Positions 9,223 to 19,253 of a stretch of DNA of 64,000 nt are shown here, one piece after another (within the stretch, counting starts at the first letter, position 1; every line of letters starts with the position of its first letter). The stretch comes from Bacteroidales bacterium (lineage in GTDB: Bacteria; Bacteroidota; Bacteroidia; Bacteroidales; GCA-2748055), in contig JAOZUK010000007.1 of NCBI GenBank assembly GCA_029938715.1, positions 2,927-66,926 of the forward strand. The letters run 5' to 3'. Both the position numbers and the translations under genes were made by a program. The notes beneath the pieces are model-generated. The model was not told where the DNA came from. It saw nothing but the letters and a program-made list of their open reading frames with translations, and made no database searches.

Positions 9223-11120
9223 TGCTTGAAGTAACAGTCAATTAATTCCATGATGATGGTCCGGTCCAAAGGTTTGGTCACAAAGTGATTGGAACCCGCC
9301 AGCATGCTCTCCTCCTTCTCCTCTGCCATTACAAATGCGGTCTGTGAAATGATAGGCACTTCGGAATTAAACTTCCTGATTTTCCGGGTGGCTTCAATGC
9401 CATTCATTTCCGGCATTTTAATATCCATCAGGATCACATCAGGTTTCTTCTTACGCACCAGATCCAGGGCTTCTACACCCGTTTTAGCCCTGATGATCTC
9501 CGCGCCAGACTTTCTTAACATTTCCCTTATAAAGAGCCAGTTAAGATCTTCGTCTTCGGCTATTAATATGCACTTGTTGGTCCAGTTGTAGGTCTTGTTG
9601 GAAATCAACACCTGCTGCTCTTCTCTCACCTCTTCGATCACCAAAGGAAGTGTGAAATGAAAGGTGGATCCCTTTCCCACCTCAGACTCCAGCCACATCT
9701 CACCACCCATCAGGTTGACCAGGCTTTTCGAAATAGGCAGGCCAAGGCCGGTACCGGATGGCTGGTAATCCTTGATTGGATTTACCTGTCCGAACCGGTC
9801 AAAAATAAGAGACATTTTTTTCTCTTCAATCCCAATCCCGCTGTCACTTACAAAAAACTCAATGTACCGGTTGGTCTTTAGGCTGTAACCAAAGGTGATG
9901 TGACCCTCATGGGTAAATTTGATGGCATTGCCAATGAGGTTATTGAAAATCTGAGTCAGCCTGAAATCATCCACCACAATGGTAAAAACGGTTGAAACCA
10001 CATCTTTATTCAGGTTAAATGCCACCTTTTGCTCTCCGGGCCCATCTCCCCTGATCCGATGAAAAAAGGAGGAGTAAATCTCATCCATGGTTTCATTGAT
10101 GTGCACTGGTCTGTTTGATATTTTCAATTGTCCCGATTCGATTTTTGATATATCAATAATGTCATCGATGATATTCAAAAGCTGCTTGGAAGAACGATCG
10201 ATGTGCTGTAAAAAGAGGTCTTTCTGCTCGTCACTGATATCGGGATCCCGTAGCAAGTTTGCAAAACCAAGGATCCCATTCATTGGAGTCCTGATTTCGT
10301 GCGACATATTGGCCAGGAATGAGGTCTTCAGATGATCCGACTCTTCAGCCCTATCCCTGGCTCTTTTCAATTCATTTTCGATTTTCACCTTATCGGAGAC
10401 ATCCTTGAAGATCCCAACAATCATGGTAATTACACCACGCTCATCCCTGATGGGTATTTTATTCTGCTCCATCCAGAATCCGTCCACTCCCTTATCCTCA
10501 AAGAAGATAACCCTGTTGAATATGGGATATCCGGTCTCCATAATGGTACGGTCCTCTTCCAGCATTTTACGGGCCACTCTTTTTGAGAAAAATTCATCGT
10601 TGGTTCTCCCAATGGCTTTATTGGGATGGGATACCCTTAGTAATCCCGCCATTTGGTAGTTGATTCGGAGGTACTGGTGCTTTCGATCGGTGAAAAAGAT
10701 ATAGAACGGCATGTTCTCCAGAAGCACCTCGAGGGTCTCCCTCTCCTGATGCAATGCCTGTAGTGATCCTGTAAGGTTGGTGATATCTTCCTGGTACCCG
10801 CCGGTTCCTGTAATTTGACCCTCGCTGCCAAAAACCGGAAAATTTACCGTTTTGTATACATGTTTATCCCTGGAATAGGTGGCCTCACTTATTTTTTTGG
10901 TCTCGTAAACATCCTGAACCCCCTCATCGCTGAGCCTGGCATCCTCTTTATCAAAAACCATCCCACTGCCTCTACCCACTACCTCAGAAAGATCCTTGTT
11001 TAGTGAATTCAGTAACTGTGAATTTGCATGTTCGAATTTTCCATCAGCATCCTTGAACCAGGAGGCGAAAGGCAATGCTTCCATCAACGCCTTTAACTGG
11101 GATTCAAGGGAATCCTTCAT
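9219..11120 (-). CDS. Hybrid sensor histidine kinase/response regulator with cytoplasmic PAS domains
   Basis: H-box SHEIRTPMNGILGF, HATPase G-boxes (DSGIGI, GTGLGL), C-terminal receiver (VILMDIKMPEMNG), no TM segment. ATG 11120 preferred; alternative TTG at 11147. Confidence 0.85.
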   Translation of the reverse strand: MKDSLESQLKALMEALPFASWFKDADGKFEHANSQLLNSLNKDLSEVVGRGSGMVFDKEDARLSDEGVQDVYETKKISEATYSRDKHVYKTVNFPVFGSEGQITGTGGYQEDITNLTGSLQALHQERETLEVLLENMPFYIFFTDRKHQYLRINYQMAGLLRVSHPNKAIGRTNDEFFSKRVARKMLEEDRTIMETGYPIFNRVIFFEDKGVDGFWMEQNKIPIRDERGVITMIVGIFKDVSDKVKIENELKRARDRAEESDHLKTSFLANMSHEIRTPMNGILGFANLLRDPDISDEQKDLFLQHIDRSSKQLLNIIDDIIDISKIESGQLKISNRPVHINETMDEIYSSFFHRIRGDGPGEQKVAFNLNKDVVSTVFTIVVDDFRLTQIFNNLIGNAIKFTHEGHITFGYSLKTNRYIEFFVSDSGIGIEEKKMSLIFDRFGQVNPIKDYQPSGTGLGLPISKSLVNLMGGEMWLESEVGKGSTFHFTLPLVIEEVREEQQVLISNKTYNWTNKCILIAEDEDLNWLFIREMLRKSGAEIIRAKTGVEALDLVRKKKPDVILMDIKMPEMNGIEATRKIRKFNSEVPIISQTAFVMAEEKEESMLAGSNHFVTKPLDRTIIMELIDCYFKQ

Positions 11121-11143
11121 ATGGTCTCTCTCTTTAGTGATAA

Positions 11144-11998
11144 TCAACCTCCAATGGCCCTGAATACAGAGGTTACCTGCTTCTCAGTGGGTGTGATACT
11201 TAACAGTGGTACATTGGCTTTGTTTACCATCTGCTGTGCATAGCTACCTAAAAATACATTCAATTTATCAATGTCGCCACACATAATGGTGATCAAATCG
11301 GCATTCACCGCTTCGGCATAATTGCAGGTAACGTTGGGCATGCTGTCCCCCACCAAAGTTTTAGCTACCGTTTTTAAATCCCTGGCTTTAAAATAGTTCA
11401 CAACCTGGTTGCCATAGGTCTCTAATCTCTCCCGGTCCCGCTTATTCTTATTGGAGGTAATGGTAATTACATGGAGTTCGGCTCCGAAAAGTTTGGCTAC
11501 ATCACCGGCAATGGGGGTTTTTTGCCTGGTCTCCTGGTCCAGTTTAATGGGAATAACAATTTTTTTAATGTCTGTAGGTACCGGTCCCTGGCGAATGGTA
11601 AACACAGGTTGTTCGGTGGCGGCCATCATTTTTAATGCATTGCTCCCAATAAATAGCTCTTCAAAACCTGAAGCTCCAGAAGTGGAGGAGGAAAGCACTG
11701 CGTTCTCAAAAGAGTTCACCTGGTTAACCACTTCCCGGTATACCTTCCCCTTTTTAATAATATACTTCAGCTTTGAATCCTTACCCAAATGTGAAGTATA
11801 CTCTTCCATCAGTTTATCAAACTGATTCTGAGCAATTTTGTGTTCCTCCTCAACCTCATTGGGCTGAAGGTTAGAACCGTGGGAAAGCACATAAACCATC
11901 TGGATATTTACAGGCAATTTTCGGGAAAAAAGAAGGGCCCATTCTAGTCCTTTCAGGGAGTCCACTGAAAAATCGATAGGTACAATGAAATTGGTCAT
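11144..11998 (-). CDS. Universal stress protein (tandem UspA domains)
   Basis: Two Usp-like halves (FIVPIDFS..., KIVIPIKLD...) with G-x2-G-x9-G-S-like segments. ATG 11998 preferred over TTG 12034. Confidence 0.7.
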   Translation of the reverse strand: MTNFIVPIDFSVDSLKGLEWALLFSRKLPVNIQMVYVLSHGSNLQPNEVEEEHKIAQNQFDKLMEEYTSHLGKDSKLKYIIKKGKVYREVVNQVNSFENAVLSSSTSGASGFEELFIGSNALKMMAATEQPVFTIRQGPVPTDIKKIVIPIKLDQETRQKTPIAGDVAKLFGAELHVITITSNKNKRDRERLETYGNQVVNYFKARDLKTVAKTLVGDSMPNVTCNYAEAVNADLITIMCGDIDKLNVFLGSYAQQMVNKANVPLLSITPTEKQVTSVFRAIGG

Positions 11999-12050
11999 GG
12001 TGCAAGTTTTTGTTATCTCAGCTAATTTAACCAAATCAGCTGAGAATTAT

Positions 12051-12058
12051 TAGTTTTG
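12051..12058 (+). promoter_or_regulatory. -7 box (TAGTTTTG) upstream of the glucokinase gene
   Basis: Exact TAnnTTTG match, 28 nt before ATG 12087. Confidence 0.45.
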
Positions 12059-12086
12059 TGCTGTATAAACAATCAACCGAAAACCG

Positions 12087-13064
12087 ATGGCACTGGAAGT
12101 AGTACTTGGAATAGATATAGGGGGGACCTTTACAAAAATAGGACTGGTAGACCGATCAGGAGAGATTCATTTTGAGGATGAGGTCCCCACCACTGGATAC
12201 GACACCATCGAGCAATATATTGAGGCCATACACCAGCATGTGACAGACTGCCTGAACCAGCTGGAAGCCAGTTTCCATATGGCCGGCATTGGTGTGGGTG
12301 CGCCTAATGGAAACTACTATACAGGCTGTATCGAAAATGCCACCAACCTGGCCTGGAAAGGAACTGTTGAATTTGTGAAGCTGATGGAGAACCAGTTTCA
12401 AATCCCCACTGTGGTCACCAATGATGCCAATGCCGCGGCCCTGGGTGAAATGCTATTTGGTGGAGCAAAGGATCTTAATAACTTTTTAATGATCACCTTG
12501 GGAACGGGATTGGGAAGCGGGCTGGTGGTGAACGGAGATGTGATTTATGGCAATGATGGTCACGCCGGAGAACTAGGTCATATCAGGGCCTCTGACAATG
12601 GTCGACAGTGCGGTTGCGGGAAAAGGGGCTGCCTGGAGACCTATGTTTCAGCCACCGGAATCAAAAGAACGGTTTTCGAACTTTTAGCCGAAGAGAATGT
12701 GGAGAGCGACTTTCGCAAGATTCCATTTTCAAAACTTAAACCCAAATTGATCACTGCCATGGCCGAATCGGGCGATCCCATTGCCATTAAAGCCTTTGAA
12801 AGAACCGGTTTCTTACTGGGAAGGAGCCTGGCCGACACAGTGGCACACATCAGCCCGTCAAAAATATTTTTGTTCGGGGGACTGGCCAAAGCAGGAAAAT
12901 GGATCATCGATCCGGCCAAGAAAAGCATGGAAGCGCACCTGCTTCCCATCTACCGGAATAAGATCGACATTGTACCGTCAGCGCTGCTGAAGAAAAACAT
13001 TGCTGTGCTGGGCGCTGCCGCCCTGATCTGGAAGAAACTGGACCGGGAGGATATTGCTGGCTAA
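12087..13064 (+). CDS. ROK family glucokinase
   Basis: N-terminal GIDIGGT ATP-binding motif and ROK zinc motif CGCGKRGCLE. Confidence 0.8.
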   Translation: MALEVVLGIDIGGTFTKIGLVDRSGEIHFEDEVPTTGYDTIEQYIEAIHQHVTDCLNQLEASFHMAGIGVGAPNGNYYTGCIENATNLAWKGTVEFVKLMENQFQIPTVVTNDANAAALGEMLFGGAKDLNNFLMITLGTGLGSGLVVNGDVIYGNDGHAGELGHIRASDNGRQCGCGKRGCLETYVSATGIKRTVFELLAEENVESDFRKIPFSKLKPKLITAMAESGDPIAIKAFERTGFLLGRSLADTVAHISPSKIFLFGGLAKAGKWIIDPAKKSMEAHLLPIYRNKIDIVPSALLKKNIAVLGAAALIWKKLDREDIAG

Positions 13065-13066
13065 CT

Positions 13067-14887
13067 CTATTTCTCCAGCGTCATAGATACATCGTGGTCC
13101 CAGTTGGACCTCACCGTAATGGTTGCCGGGAGCATTTCAACTTTTTCTGGTTGCAGTTTTTTCATGTAGCTCCCGGTATCCCACTTCCCGTTTCCATTCA
13201 TATCATGTATGAACTTTAACTGGTACTCCTGGGGAGCCAGGTAGCTAAATGTATAGGTTCCGTCTGAATCCACCGTGCGCTCCAGCAATACTTTGTTGCG
13301 ACTGATCAGCTGAATGATTGTGCTACCCGACAAATTGTTAAGTGATAACAAAATCTGTCCATAATACTCTATATCTCTGCTGCTAAAAGATACATCAATG
13401 GTGTCGTGTTGGGGTGGATAGATGCTGGTAAAGGCTCCGGGCAGAATTAACAGCCGGTAATTGGCAGCCGATTCCCAACGGGTCGAGATCCAGGCCCGGT
13501 TCAGAAGTGTTGTATCGGCCCTTGTGGTGAACGGCACCTCTATCTCCACCGAATCGGGGATGTAATAGAGCTTAATCAACGAATCGGTGGTCTCCTGAAG
13601 TGGCAGATTCAGGGTTACCGCCAAGTCTTGATTCAGCTCCTTCTGCCCCCTGCTCTTCATGGTGGCCACCTGAAGCTTCTCTGTTTGCTTCTTTGCCACC
13701 TCTTTTCTTCTGGAATTGGTACTCTTTTCCCTGTATGTAAAACGAAGGGTGTCGGTTAAAACCACATACTGGTTGGCAGTGTCTTTCACCGTGTAATTCA
13801 CCTGCAGGTGCAGGGTATCCAGTTTATATTGAACCGAATCTCTGATCCACAGGGTCAGGGAATCCCTCTCAGTGGAGAAGTACTCCAGGTATTCAATCCT
13901 TCCGGGTGCATTCACCGGTAAGGTCTGATAGGTAAAGGAATCGGTCAGAGGCCTGGCAAATTCCATCTCAATACGCCTGCGGTCCTCTCTCTTATAATCT
14001 GTTATATACTGTATATCTGACTCTTCTGTAAAGAGATTCAGATCAATATAAATTGAATTCAGATCGGGCCCCACTGCCTGGATACTATCCACAGAAGATA
14101 AAGTATCTACCTGGGGCAATGCTCCCTCCTCTGGTATAGAATCAATGGCACCTGAGGCAAGTAGCAGGAACCTGGCAAACTCAGCCCTGACGATCAGACT
14201 GGTATCCAGAAAAGCAATCTCTTCTGTGGGCAAGTCGAACAGCAAATTGTTATTCCCGTCTTTCAGGGCGAATACCTTGTAGACATCGGCACGAAGGTTA
14301 TTGACACTAAATACACCGCTGTCATCAGATCTGCCCACATACATGGGAATTTCTGTAAGCGGAACCGAATCGCGCAGATCGTTGTATAGCATGATGGAGA
14401 TGGGGTCTTCGGGCTCAGAGAGATCATGTGCATACTTAAGGGTTCCTCTTACTGATAAAGAGTCGAGTACGTCCCCTGTGGAGAAAACGTATTCGAAATT
14501 CAGCAGTTTGTTCCCTTCATGCAGGTCCTTGATGGCACTTCCAAAGTTAAAGGTGTAGGTGGTATATGGTTTCAGCTCTTCCTCGAACTCTATGATCAGT
14601 GTCTTTTTCTTTAGTTTTACCTCTGGCTTCTCCTCCATGGGTGGTGAAACTATAAGTTCCTGATTCACGTTTTCCAGTACAATGTATTCATCAAATTTGA
14701 TCTCTATTTTTTTCGCATCAAAATGGATGGAATAGTTGGGTGGCTCGCTCTCAATAACCACAGGAGGATCTTCATCCCTGGGGCCGCCGGCGGGAGATCC
14801 CTGTTGGGCACAGCCCCAGCACACCGTTAATATGAGTACCGGAAAGAAATATCTGCTGGACACGTTTGATAAATTTAGTGCAAACAT
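13067..14887 (-). CDS. Ig-like domain-containing lipoprotein (function unknown)
   Basis: Lipoprotein-type signal (LILTVCWGCAQQ) followed by PPVVIESEPPNYSIHFDAKKIEIKFDEYI, typical of SbsA/Big_5-like Ig domains; 606 aa. Confidence 0.5.
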   Translation of the reverse strand: MFALNLSNVSSRYFFPVLILTVCWGCAQQGSPAGGPRDEDPPVVIESEPPNYSIHFDAKKIEIKFDEYIVLENVNQELIVSPPMEEKPEVKLKKKTLIIEFEEELKPYTTYTFNFGSAIKDLHEGNKLLNFEYVFSTGDVLDSLSVRGTLKYAHDLSEPEDPISIMLYNDLRDSVPLTEIPMYVGRSDDSGVFSVNNLRADVYKVFALKDGNNNLLFDLPTEEIAFLDTSLIVRAEFARFLLLASGAIDSIPEEGALPQVDTLSSVDSIQAVGPDLNSIYIDLNLFTEESDIQYITDYKREDRRRIEMEFARPLTDSFTYQTLPVNAPGRIEYLEYFSTERDSLTLWIRDSVQYKLDTLHLQVNYTVKDTANQYVVLTDTLRFTYREKSTNSRRKEVAKKQTEKLQVATMKSRGQKELNQDLAVTLNLPLQETTDSLIKLYYIPDSVEIEVPFTTRADTTLLNRAWISTRWESAANYRLLILPGAFTSIYPPQHDTIDVSFSSRDIEYYGQILLSLNNLSGSTIIQLISRNKVLLERTVDSDGTYTFSYLAPQEYQLKFIHDMNGNGKWDTGSYMKKLQPEKVEMLPATITVRSNWDHDVSMTLEK

Positions 14888-14927
14888 ACAAAGATATATG
14901 CTTCAGGTGAAACCCCCGGAATGTTAT

Positions 14928-14935
14928 TATATTTG
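14928..14935 (+). promoter_or_regulatory. -7 box (TATATTTG) upstream of lgt and the metal-transport operon
   Basis: Exact TAnnTTTG match, 29 nt before ATG 14965. Confidence 0.45.
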
Positions 14936-14964
14936 TAACTTAATCTATAAATCCATGCCCTGTC

Positions 14965-15843
14965 ATGTTAATTAACGCCATTACCTGGAATGTGGATCCT
15001 GAAATTTTCAGCATTGGTCAACTGAGCATCCGCTGGTACGGGTTGCTGTTTGCTTCCGCTTTTCTTTCAGGATATATTGTTTTTTCCCGCTACCTGACCA
15101 CCGAAAGGCTAAACTCCGAAATGCTGGATCAGTTGCTCATTTATGTCGCGGTTGGAACCGTAATCGGGGCTCGCCTGGGGCACTGTTTTTTTTATGAACC
15201 TGATTATTTTCTTAAAAATCCGCTGGAGATCTTAAAAATCTGGAAAGGAGGATTGGCCAGCCACGGTGCGGCCATTGGAATTTTACTCTCCCTGTGGCTC
15301 TATATTCGAAAATATAATCTCTCATTTCTCTGGCTTATCGATCGCATCGTGATTATAGTGGCGCTGGGAGGTGCCTTTATCCGTTTGGGAAATCTCTTTA
15401 ACTCTGAGATTTATGGTTTGCCCACCGACCTGCCTTTTGGGTTTGAATTTGTGAGAGACAGGTTATACGATTCAAACACTGGAGAGTTGCTTCCCACCGT
15501 AGCCCGGCACCCCACACAGCTCTATGAGGCCATTTGTTATCTCATCATCTTTTCGATACTGCTAACATTCTACAGAAAAAGGCATCTGGTAGTAAGAGAC
15601 GGATATATTTTCGGGGTATTTATGATCCTGTTGTTCTCGGCCCGGTTCTTTATTGAATTTGTGAAAAACGACCAGGTGGCCTTTGAAGCGGGTATGCAAA
15701 TTAATATGGGCCAGGTGCTGAGCCTTCCCTTTATTCTGGCAGGTATACTGATGATTGTATGGACCAAAATGCATCCCAAATACTTCTCCCAGGAACCTGT
15801 TCCCAAAGCCCCGAAAAAGGGGAGAAAAGCAAATATAAAGTAG
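14965..15843 (+). CDS. lgt: Prolipoprotein diacylglyceryl transferase
   Basis: IRWYGLLF and [13 protein letters not shown] motifs; polytopic membrane profile. Confidence 0.85.
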   Translation: MLINAITWNVDPEIFSIGQLSIRWYGLLFASAFLSGYIVFSRYLTTERLNSEMLDQLLIYVAVGTVIGARLGHCFFYEPDYFLKNPLEILKIWKGGLASHGAAIGILLSLWLYIRKYNLSFLWLIDRIVIIVALGGAFIRLGNLFNSEIYGLPTDLPFGFEFVRDRLYDSNTGELLPTVARHPTQLYEAICYLIIFSILLTFYRKRHLVVRDGYIFGVFMILLFSARFFIEFVKNDQVAFEAGMQINMGQVLSLPFILAGILMIVWTKMHPKYFSQEPVPKAPKKGRKANIK

Positions 15844-15850
15844 AATTTTC

Positions 15851-16657
15851 ATGGAAACGGGGAATTTCTGGTTTGCCTTTGGACTTACTGTTTTTGCCGG
15901 ACTCTCTACCGGTATTGGAAGTGCCCTGGCTTTTTTTACAAAGACTACCAATACCCGCTTTCTATCTGTAAGCCTTGGATTTTCCGCAGGAGTCATGGTA
16001 TATGTCTCCTTTGTTGAGATCCTGCCCAAAGCCAGGGTGGCCCTTGTGCCAGAATATGGCGAAACACTGGCGGCATGGTATTCAGTGGGAGCCTTTTTTG
16101 CAGGAATTTTAATTATTGCACTGATCGACAAGTTGATTCCCTCCTATGAAAATCCCCATGAAATCAGAAGGGTGGAAGATGTGGCAAAGAATGGAATGAA
16201 AGATCCCAAGCTGGTACGAATGGGCATGTTCACCGCCCTGGCCATTGCCATTCATAACTTTCCGGAGGGAATTGCCACATTTATGGCGGGTTTGACAGAT
16301 ACCACCGTGGCCATTCCCATCGCAGTGGCCATTGCCATCCACAACATCCCGGAAGGGATTGCCGTCTCTGTACCCATCTCCTATGGAACCGGAAGTAAAA
16401 AGAAGGGATTCTATCTTTCATTTCTGTCCGGACTGGCCGAGCCTGTAGGCGCCTTGCTGGCCTACTTTATACTGATGCCCTACTTCAGTGACAATCTTTT
16501 TGGTTTTATTTTTGCAGCGGTAGGGGGCATCATGGTATTTATCTCCATTGATGAGCTGTTACCCACAGCCAGAGAATATGGACTTCCTCACCATGCGGTA
16601 TACGGATTTTTGGCCGGTATGGCCGTTATGGCACTGAGTCTGCTGCTATTTATTTAA
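15851..16657 (+). CDS. zupT: ZIP-family zinc transporter ZupT
   Basis: Duplicated ZIP signature [12 protein letters not shown] / [12 protein letters not shown]. By eye it aligns along its whole length with E. coli ZupT. Confidence 0.8.
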   Translation: METGNFWFAFGLTVFAGLSTGIGSALAFFTKTTNTRFLSVSLGFSAGVMVYVSFVEILPKARVALVPEYGETLAAWYSVGAFFAGILIIALIDKLIPSYENPHEIRRVEDVAKNGMKDPKLVRMGMFTALAIAIHNFPEGIATFMAGLTDTTVAIPIAVAIAIHNIPEGIAVSVPISYGTGSKKKGFYLSFLSGLAEPVGALLAYFILMPYFSDNLFGFIFAAVGGIMVFISIDELLPTAREYGLPHHAVYGFLAGMAVMALSLLLFI

Positions 16658-16658
16658 T

Positions 16659-17585
16659 ATGTCTGGAACCAAACATACCCGCAAAAGAAAACATCACCAC
16701 CATCCGGTGAATGAAAAGAACCTGCTGGGCGCCACCCTGCTTAACCTGGTTATCACTGTGGTGGAAATTGCCGGGGGAATCCTTTCCGGCAGCCTGGCTC
16801 TGCTCTCAGATGCACTTCATAACCTGAGTGATACATTTGCCACATTTATCGCCTATATGGCTACCATCATAGGCAAACGTGAAGCCAATCAGAAAAAGAC
16901 TTTTGGATACAAACGAGTCGAAATCCTTGCCGCACTTCTGAATGCGGTGATCCTGATTGTTACCAGTACCTTTCTCCTGAAGGAGGCCTGGGAGCGATGG
17001 AACGATCCGCAACCCATTAACTCCATGATTATGTTGGTGGTGGCCATGATCGGTTTACTGGCCAATGTCTATGCAGCCATCATTCTGAAAAAAGATGCAC
17101 ATAAAAGCATCAATGTACGAGCCGCCTACATTCACCTGATCGGAGACAGCCTCTCATCCGTGGTAGTCATCATAGGTGGAGTACTGATCCAGATCTACAA
17201 AGTATACTGGATAGATCCGGTGATCACGGTTCTGATCTCAATCTACATCATTCGATCGGGCTTTGTCATTCTTAAACAATCTGTGGATATCCTCATGCAA
17301 TCGACGCCGGATCACCTGGATCTGTCGAAAATCAAACGGATGGTGGAGCAGGTGCCCGATGTTTCCAACATTCATCACCTGCATGCGTGGATGCTCACCG
17401 ACAGTGAAATACACCTGGAGGCTCATATTGAGCTTAATAAAGACCTGAAACTGAGCCAGGTGAAAGGTACCCACCAGGAGATTGAATACATGTTACTGAC
17501 CGATTTCAATGTAAACCATGTAACCCTTCAGTTTGAAATCGATGCTGTGCACCCTCCAAATCTCATTCATAAAGAGAACGAGTAA
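16659..17585 (+). CDS. Cation diffusion facilitator transporter, CzcD/ZitB-like (HD-HD site)
   Basis: His-rich N-terminus (KHHHHP). TM2 has HNLSD and TM5 has HLIGD, the classical Zn-type site A. ATG follows the zupT stop by 1 nt. Confidence 0.8.
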   Translation: MSGTKHTRKRKHHHHPVNEKNLLGATLLNLVITVVEIAGGILSGSLALLSDALHNLSDTFATFIAYMATIIGKREANQKKTFGYKRVEILAALLNAVILIVTSTFLLKEAWERWNDPQPINSMIMLVVAMIGLLANVYAAIILKKDAHKSINVRAAYIHLIGDSLSSVVVIIGGVLIQIYKVYWIDPVITVLISIYIIRSGFVILKQSVDILMQSTPDHLDLSKIKRMVEQVPDVSNIHHLHAWMLTDSEIHLEAHIELNKDLKLSQVKGTHQEIEYMLLTDFNVNHVTLQFEIDAVHPPNLIHKENE

Positions 17586-18515
17586 ATGGGAAGAGAACAA
17601 AAGATTATTCGAGCGTCCTGGTGGGCCATTGCGGGTAATGGCATACTTGCGGTTTTGAAGCTGACCGTTGGTTTCATCTCCGGAAGTTTTGCGCTGATTG
17701 CTGATGGCATCGATTCCACAACCGATATTGTCTCTTCGTTGGTGGTGCTTTTAGCTGCCCGGATCATAGCTAAGCCACCCAATATTAAATTCCCGTACGG
17801 ATACAGCAAGGCCGATACGGTAGCTACCAAGGTACTCTCCTTTATCATCTTTTTTGCAGGAGCCCAGCTGGCCTATTCCACCATCAGAATCCTTGTGAAA
17901 GGAGTGGCCATGGAAACTCCCACTCCTCTGGCCATCTGGATCACCATTGTCTCCATCCTGGGAAAACTTATACTTACACTGATACTCCTCCGCACAGGAC
18001 GAAAAGTGGAGAGTCCCATGCTTATCGCCAATGCCCGCAATATGCGCAATGACATACTGATTTCCATCAGTGTACTTTGCAGCCTGCTCTTTACAATACT
18101 TTTGAAAGAACCCCTTATCGATAGGATTATTGCGCTGGCCATCAGTGGTTTTATCATGTATGAAGCGTTTAAGATATTTATGAAATCCAATGTGGATCTG
18201 ATGGATGGAATTGATAATACAGAAGTGTACAATCGCCTGTTTGATGCTGTTAATTCGGTGGAAGGGGCCCATCATCCACACAGGGTACGGGCCCGGAAGA
18301 TTGGTCACCACTACATGGTAAACCTGGATATAGAAGTAGATCCTTACCTTTCGGTGAAAGATGCCCATGAGATTGCAAAAAATGTGGAAGACAGCATTAA
18401 ATCAAATCTCAGAAATATTTACGATGTGATGATCCATGTGGAGCCTTTGGGCAACCTGGAAGAGGACGAAAAATATGGCATCACCGAATCAGAAATCACA
18501 CACCAAAAGAGATAA
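17586..18515 (+). CDS. Cation diffusion facilitator transporter, FieF/YiiP-like with atypical DD-ND site
   Basis: TM2 DSTTD (D43/D47) and TM5 NMRND (N152/D156) line up with FieF D45/D49/H153/D157. ATG directly abuts the previous stop. Confidence 0.75.
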   Translation: MGREQKIIRASWWAIAGNGILAVLKLTVGFISGSFALIADGIDSTTDIVSSLVVLLAARIIAKPPNIKFPYGYSKADTVATKVLSFIIFFAGAQLAYSTIRILVKGVAMETPTPLAIWITIVSILGKLILTLILLRTGRKVESPMLIANARNMRNDILISISVLCSLLFTILLKEPLIDRIIALAISGFIMYEAFKIFMKSNVDLMDGIDNTEVYNRLFDAVNSVEGAHHPHRVRARKIGHHYMVNLDIEVDPYLSVKDAHEIAKNVEDSIKSNLRNIYDVMIHVEPLGNLEEDEKYGITESEITHQKR

Positions 18516-18518
18516 TCT

Positions 18519-19253
18519 ATGATTAGCAGAGATATGTTGATGTGTGTGGCTGTATTTGAAAATATGCAGTTGTTGCCCCTTTTTCCCCGTTTTAAAATGG
18601 AATTGGGATTTGGAGAGAAGAGCGTAGAAGAGGTGTGTAAAACACACGGGGTGAATACCGATTTCTTCCTTGAGATAGCTAACTCGTACCTTGACGAAGC
18701 CTATATCCCCGGTGAGGGTCTTTCTCTATTTTCTCTGGGAACGGTGATTAGCTATCTGAAGGAGACCCATACCTACTATGTGGAAACTGCGCTTCCCATG
18801 GTGGAAGAGAAAATTTATCTCCTGCTTGACCAATCCTCCCTTTCCGATAAAGAGGTTAACCTGGTAACTGTTTTTTTCAATGATTACAAACTGGAGTTTT
18901 TAACTCATATCCTGGAGGAGGAACAGCATATTTTACCCTACATCCTGGAATTGGAAAAGCAATCGGCTCTGAAAAAACCTGATTCTGAATTTGCACAAAA
19001 ACTTCAAAGCTATTCTATCAGGGAGTTTGAGCAAGGACACGATCGCCTGGAGACCAGCCTTGAGCACCTCTCCCGGTTAATTATCAAAAACCTGCCCCCC
19101 TTTGAGGATTTTCAGCTGTGTCAACAGGTACTGGGCGACCTGTCTGACCTGGTGAAGGACCTGACTGACCATGCCAACATGGAGGACAAAATTTTAATTC
19201 CCCGGGTAGCCGAATTGGAGAAGCAACTAATCAGCAGAATTGATACTCCATGA
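18519..19253 (+). CDS. Hemerythrin-like (HHE) metal-binding domain protein, RIC/ScdA-like
   Basis: Spaced His/Glu motifs (ETHTYY, FLTHILEEEQHILPY, EQGHDRLE, DHANMEDKILIP) resemble a four-helix di-iron hemerythrin-like domain. Confidence 0.5.
   Translation: MISRDMLMCVAVFENMQLLPLFPRFKMELGFGEKSVEEVCKTHGVNTDFFLEIANSYLDEAYIPGEGLSLFSLGTVISYLKETHTYYVETALPMVEEKIYLLLDQSSLSDKEVNLVTVFFNDYKLEFLTHILEEEQHILPYILELEKQSALKKPDSEFAQKLQSYSIREFEQGHDRLETSLEHLSRLIIKNLPPFEDFQLCQQVLGDLSDLVKDLTDHANMEDKILIPRVAELEKQLISRIDTP

Noticed and set aside
8686-9234. 182-aa plus-strand ORF containing a His6 run (GQHHHHHHIW)
   Set aside because: It is antisense to ispD. The His run is simply the complement of the Val-rich MVVVVVLAHEH codons. 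There is no independent support.
14889-14896. TATCTTTG box (minus strand) 1 nt upstream of the Ig-like lipoprotein ATG
   Set aside because: The geometry problem is the same as above, and no alternative downstream start codon is available.
15562-16131. 189-aa minus-strand ORF spanning the lgt/zupT junction
   Set aside because: It is antisense to two well-supported genes, and its composition is Arg/Pro-rich and atypical.
17751-18368. 205-aa minus-strand ORF within the second CDF gene
   Set aside because: It is antisense to a gene with clear CDF motifs and operon context. There are no motifs and no promoter box.
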